In this document: positions 40,768 to 43,977 of the stretch, in pieces | How positions within the stretch are numbered: position 1 is the stretch's first letter | How the letters are laid out: every line of letters begins with the position of its first letter | From: Betaproteobacteria bacterium RIFCSPLOWO2_02_FULL_66_14 | GTDB taxonomy: Bacteria > Pseudomonadota > Gammaproteobacteria > Burkholderiales > SG8-39 | Direction: 5' to 3' | Assembly (NCBI GenBank): GCA_001770475.1 | Contig: MERB01000016.1 | Coordinates: forward strand, 23,274-67,250 | Length of the DNA stretch: 43,977 bases | Notes under the pieces: model-generated | The model's input: the letters and a program-made list of their open reading frames with translations, nothing else | Told to the model about the DNA's origin: nothing | Database searches by the model: none | Position numbers and translations under genes: made by a program

Positions 40768-41601
40768 ATGACCGCTTTCGTACGCCTGCTGGCGGTGCTC
40801 GCCGCCGCCCTTCCGCTCGCTTTCGCGGTCCACGCGCAACCCAAGGAAGGCGACTACGAGCCGCACATCGGCCAGGCGGGCAAGGACGTGATCTGGGTGC
40901 CGACGCCCGACGACGTGGTCGATCGCATGCTGCGCATGGCGCAAGTGACCCCGCACGACTACGTGATCGATCTGGGCGCCGGGGACGGCAAGATCGTGAT
41001 CGCCGCGGCGAAGCTGGGCGCCCGCGCGCTCGGCATCGAGTACAACGGCGACATGGCCAGGCACGCGCAGCGCAACGTCGAGCGGGCGGGCGTCGCGGCG
41101 CGCGCCAAGATCGTGCAGGGCGACATATTCACGAGCGACTTTTCGCAGGCGAACGTGATCACGATGTACCTGCTGCCTGCGCTCAACATCAAGTTGCGGC
41201 CGATCCTCCTGGCAATGCGACCCGGCACGCGCGTGGTGTCGCACTCGTTCAACATGGAGGACTGGGAGCCCGACGAGAGCGCCAACCTGGACGGCCGGCG
41301 CGCCTACTTCTGGCTCGTTCCGGCCAGGGTCGCCGGCAACTGGACCCTGGAGATGGGAAGCGAGCGGTTCGAACTCGTACTCGAGCAGCGCTACCAGAAG
41401 GTCGACGGCACGGTGGCGCTCAAGCCCTCGCACGCCGGACTGCGCGACGCACTCCTGCGCGGGGCGAACATCAGCTTCGGGTTCATCGACAACTCGGGGG
41501 TGCGCCGCGACTTTTCCGGTCGCGTCACCGGCAACCGCATGGAAGGCAGCTTCCGGGTCGAAAGCGGTGCCGAGAGCAGGTGGAGCGCGGTCAAGAAGTA
41601 G
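40768..41601 (+). CDS. class I SAM-dependent methyltransferase with a cleavable-looking N-terminal signal peptide and a C-terminal beta-rich domain
   Basis: 277 aa. It has MTAFVRLLAVLAAALPLAFAVHAQP, SAM motif I VIDLGAGDGKIV and an acidic post-I LGIEYN, and QGDIF and MYLLP. Confidence 0.75.
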   Translation: MTAFVRLLAVLAAALPLAFAVHAQPKEGDYEPHIGQAGKDVIWVPTPDDVVDRMLRMAQVTPHDYVIDLGAGDGKIVIAAAKLGARALGIEYNGDMARHAQRNVERAGVAARAKIVQGDIFTSDFSQANVITMYLLPALNIKLRPILLAMRPGTRVVSHSFNMEDWEPDESANLDGRRAYFWLVPARVAGNWTLEMGSERFELVLEQRYQKVDGTVALKPSHAGLRDALLRGANISFGFIDNSGVRRDFSGRVTGNRMEGSFRVESGAESRWSAVKK

Positions 41602-41656
41602 TAGCGCGCGGCTCGCTCCAGGCGGGCGCCGATTTTTCCGCAGTCTCGCGCAGCCA

Positions 41657-41682
41657 GCGGCGCGCGGCGGAGCGCCGGTTTT
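41657..41682 (+). terminator. possible rho-independent terminator after the methyltransferase gene
   Basis: The sequence is cggcgc-gcggcgga-gcgccg followed by gttttt. The stem is short (6 bp, all GC). Confidence 0.4.
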
Positions 41683-41726
41683 TCCGCGATTTCGCGCGGC
41701 CGGCGGCACGCGGCCGCGCGTCGGTT

Positions 41727-41966
41727 CTAATCCAGTCTTTTGTGCGTGCCGTCGCAGAACGGCTTGTTCGCGCTGCGCTTGCAGCCGCACAGCCACACCT
41801 TCTGCGCCTCGGTGATCGTGAACTTGACCGGGGTGAATTCGGTGCTCTTGTGCGACCCGTCGCAGAAGGGCTGGCGCCCCGAGCGCCCGCAGGCGCACCA
41901 CCAGTAATCGCCGGGCGCGAGTTCGACCGCATAGGGGCTTTTCTGCGCGATGTTCGGCTCTGCCAT
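41727..41966 (-). CDS. CDGSH iron-sulfur domain protein (two CDGSH motifs)
   Basis: In ORF 41727..42041. The ATG at 41966 is preceded by GGAGGA. It reads CACGRSGRQPFCDGSH and CGCKRSANKPFCDGTH. Confidence 0.9.
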   Translation of the reverse strand: MAEPNIAQKSPYAVELAPGDYWWCACGRSGRQPFCDGSHKSTEFTPVKFTITEAQKVWLCGCKRSANKPFCDGTHKRLD

Positions 41967-42037
41967 GCGTATCCTCCGCTGGCGGCAATCGACTGCAATG
42001 CGATCGAGCGCGCGGCGCCGCCCCGGCGCGCGCCGGT

Positions 42038-43444
42038 TCAATAGTTGGTCGTGTTGGCGAGATTTTCGAAACGCGTGTACTGGCCGAGGAAAGTGAGGTC
42101 GACGCGGCCGATCGGTCCGTTACGCTGCTTGCCGATGATCACCTCGGCGCGCCCCCTCGATTCCGGCTTGTCGGGAAAATAGACCTCGTCGCGGTAGATG
42201 AAGAAGATCACGTCCGCGTCCTGCTCGATGGCGCCCGATTCGCGCAGGTCCGACATCATCGGGCGCCGGTCATTGCGGCCCTCGACCGCTCGGGAGAGCT
42301 GCGACAGCGCGATCACCGGCGCCTCGAGCTCCTTCGCCAGCGCCTTGAGCGAGCGCGAGATCTCGGAAATTTCGGTGGCGCGATTCTCGCCCTGCGACGA
42401 AGCCGACATGAGCTGCAGGTAGTCCACCACCACCAGGCCGAGCTTGCCGCACTGGCGCCGCAGGCGCCGCGCGCGCGCGCGCAGCTCGAGCGAGTTGAGC
42501 GCCGCCGTCTCGTCGACGAAGATCGGCGTCTCGTGCAGCCGGCCCATGGCGTGCGACAGGCGCTGCCACTCGTCATCGGTGAGCCGGCCGGTGCGCATTT
42601 TGTGCTGGTCGACGTGCGCGATCGAGCCCAGGATGCGTGCCGCGAGCTGAGTGCCCGACATCTCCATGCTGAAGATCGCGACCGGAAGGCCGTTGTCCAC
42701 CGCGACGTGCTCGGCGATGTTCAGCGCGAGCGCGGTCTTGCCCATGCTCGGGCGGCCCGCGATGATGATCAGGTCCCCCGACTGCAGTCCGGCGGTCTTC
42801 TCGTCGAGGTCGATGAAACCGGTCGGAATCCCGGTGACGCTCGACGCGTTCCCGCGGTGGTACAGGTCGTCGATCCGCTCGAGAACCCGCGCCAGCTCCT
42901 GCTTGATGTCCTTGAACCCCTGGTTCGCGCGCGCCCCGGACTCGCCGACTTCGAGAATGCGCGACTCGGCCTCGTCGAGCAGCTGCCGCACGTCCTTTCC
43001 GGTCGGGGTGAGCGCGCTCTCGGCGATTTCGGTCGCGACGTGAGCGAGTCGCCGCTGCACCGCGCGCTCGCGCACCAGTTCCGCGTAGCGCCGGATGTTG
43101 AGCGCCGAGGGCGTGCTCTGGGACAGCGCGCCGAGGTAGGCGGCGCCGCCGGTCTTGTCGCGGTCCTCGCTCGACTCGATCGATTCGGCGAGCGTGACCA
43201 CGTCGGCGGGCTTGCCCGCCTCGATCAGCTTGACCAGGTGGCGATAGATGCGGCGGTGATCGTCGCGGTAGAAATCCTCGGCGCGAACCAGGTCCGCGAT
43301 CTTGTCGAAGGCCTGGTTGTCGAGCATCAGGCCGCCGAGCAGCGACTGCTCCGCCTCCACCGAGTGCGGAGGCACCCGCATCGCGAGCAGCTGCGGATCG
43401 CCCAGTTCGGTGCGCGCGAGTTGCGACTGAGGGTTGCGGGCCAT
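42038..43444 (-). CDS. dnaB: replicative DNA helicase DnaB
   Basis: 468 aa. It has the N-terminal motif PPHSVEAEQSLLGGL, Walker A AGRPSMGKT, and SLKALAKEL..PVIALSQLSR and GAIEQDADV. Confidence 0.96.
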   Translation of the reverse strand: MARNPQSQLARTELGDPQLLAMRVPPHSVEAEQSLLGGLMLDNQAFDKIADLVRAEDFYRDDHRRIYRHLVKLIEAGKPADVVTLAESIESSEDRDKTGGAAYLGALSQSTPSALNIRRYAELVRERAVQRRLAHVATEIAESALTPTGKDVRQLLDEAESRILEVGESGARANQGFKDIKQELARVLERIDDLYHRGNASSVTGIPTGFIDLDEKTAGLQSGDLIIIAGRPSMGKTALALNIAEHVAVDNGLPVAIFSMEMSGTQLAARILGSIAHVDQHKMRTGRLTDDEWQRLSHAMGRLHETPIFVDETAALNSLELRARARRLRRQCGKLGLVVVDYLQLMSASSQGENRATEISEISRSLKALAKELEAPVIALSQLSRAVEGRNDRRPMMSDLRESGAIEQDADVIFFIYRDEVYFPDKPESRGRAEVIIGKQRNGPIGRVDLTFLGQYTRFENLANTTNY

Positions 43445-43464
43445 GCTGCGGTGATGCTACCGCA

Positions 43465-43914
43465 TCAGGACTCCGCGAGCACCGAAACCGTGATCGTGAC
43501 GACGACGTCGGCGTGCAGCGCGAGCTGGATCGGGTACTCGCCGATCAGTTTCAGCGGACCTTCCGGCATGCGCACCATCGAGCGCTCCACCTCGTGGCCC
43601 TGCGCCTTGAGTCCCGCCACGATGTCGATATTGGTCACCGAGCCGAACAGCCGGCCGTCGACGCCTGCCTTCTGCGTCACCTGCAGCGTCAGGCCGTCGA
43701 TTTTCGCGGCGCGCTCGCGGGCGCCCCCGAGCGCCTCGTTCTGCGCCTTTTCCAGCTCGGCGCGGCGGGCTTCGAACGCCTTCAGATTGTCCGCGGTCGC
43801 GCGCTTCGCCTTGCCCTTGGGCAGGAGGTAGTTGCGCGCGAAGCCGTCCTTCACCTTGACGACGTCGCCCAGTTCGCCGAGGTTCACCACCTTTTCCATC
43901 AGGATCACTTGCAT
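43465..43914 (-). CDS. rplI: 50S ribosomal protein L9
   Basis: 149 aa, reading MQVILMEKVVNLGELGDVVKVKDGFARNYLLPKGKA. Confidence 0.96.
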   Translation of the reverse strand: MQVILMEKVVNLGELGDVVKVKDGFARNYLLPKGKAKRATADNLKAFEARRAELEKAQNEALGGARERAAKIDGLTLQVTQKAGVDGRLFGSVTNIDIVAGLKAQGHEVERSMVRMPEGPLKLIGEYPIQLALHADVVVTITVSVLAES

Positions 43915-43924
43915 GGCGGGCCCC

Positions 43925-43977
43925 TCAGTGCAGGTCGGTGTACGGCAGCAGCGCGAGATAGCGCGCGCGCTTGATTG
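43925..43977 (-). CDS. rpsR: 30S ribosomal protein S18, C-terminal 16 codons plus stop; gene runs off the right edge
   Basis: The reverse complement reads ...IKRARYLALLPYTDLH*, a typical S18 C-terminus. It sits directly upstream of rplI, as in the conserved rpsR-rplI arrangement. Confidence 0.85.
   Translation of the reverse strand, partial: IKRARYLALLPYTDLH

Noticed and set aside
1-43977. Search by eye for CRISPR arrays, tRNA/rRNA genes, IS elements, integrases and prophage structural genes
   Set aside because: No spaced direct-repeat arrays, cloverleaf-like segments, transposase or integrase-like ORFs were seen. The Gp37/Gp68-family gene is the only phage-named family, and it is not accompanied by phage structural genes.

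Overview
This is a high-GC chromosomal window (roughly two-thirds G+C by eye, not computed). Gene content and synteny look betaproteobacterial, which is an inference. I recognised no rRNA, tRNA, CRISPR array, transposase or integrase. Most long ORFs in the track that lie antisense to or overlap the genes below are Arg/Ala/Gly/Pro-rich shadow ORFs and were rejected. Left to right: (1) On the minus strand sit the cbb3-oxidase genes ccoO (partial) and ccoN with an FNR-type box, a Zn-alcohol dehydrogenase, ccoS-ccoI and an Hsp20 gene. (2) Next come an HdrD/GlpC-like Fe-S protein, a membrane PAS-GGDEF sensor and a lipoprotein metallophosphoesterase. (3) A ~10 kb anaerobic-type electron-transfer cluster spans 10.8-21.3 kb. 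It holds a 9-haem cytochrome c fused to a b-type membrane domain (Geobacter CbcL architecture), a membrane-anchored hexahaem cytochrome, NrfC-like and NrfD-like subunits with no catalytic partner, two tetrahaem c4-repeat proteins, a monohaem membrane protein, a dihaem c5 fusion and two small cytochromes. A Dnr/Fnr-class regulator follows. Six near-identical TTGAC-N4-RTCAA palindromes mark the intergenic regions of this cluster and of the cco genes. (4) alaC-hom-thrC. (5) An arn (L-Ara4N lipid A modification) operon with a split arnA. (6) A ~4.6 kb visibly more AT-rich accessory island contains a three-Cys DUF5131 (Gp37/Gp68) gene, its TcmP partner, and, divergently, an MmeI-family Type IIL restriction-modification enzyme. 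(7) bcp, a PIN-PhoH ATPase, a signal-peptide SAM methyltransferase, a CDGSH protein, dnaB, rplI and a partial rpsR. The best candidates for undescribed biology are the TcmP/DUF5131 pair coupled to the MmeI-like enzyme and the FNR-box-controlled multihaem quinol-linked cluster.
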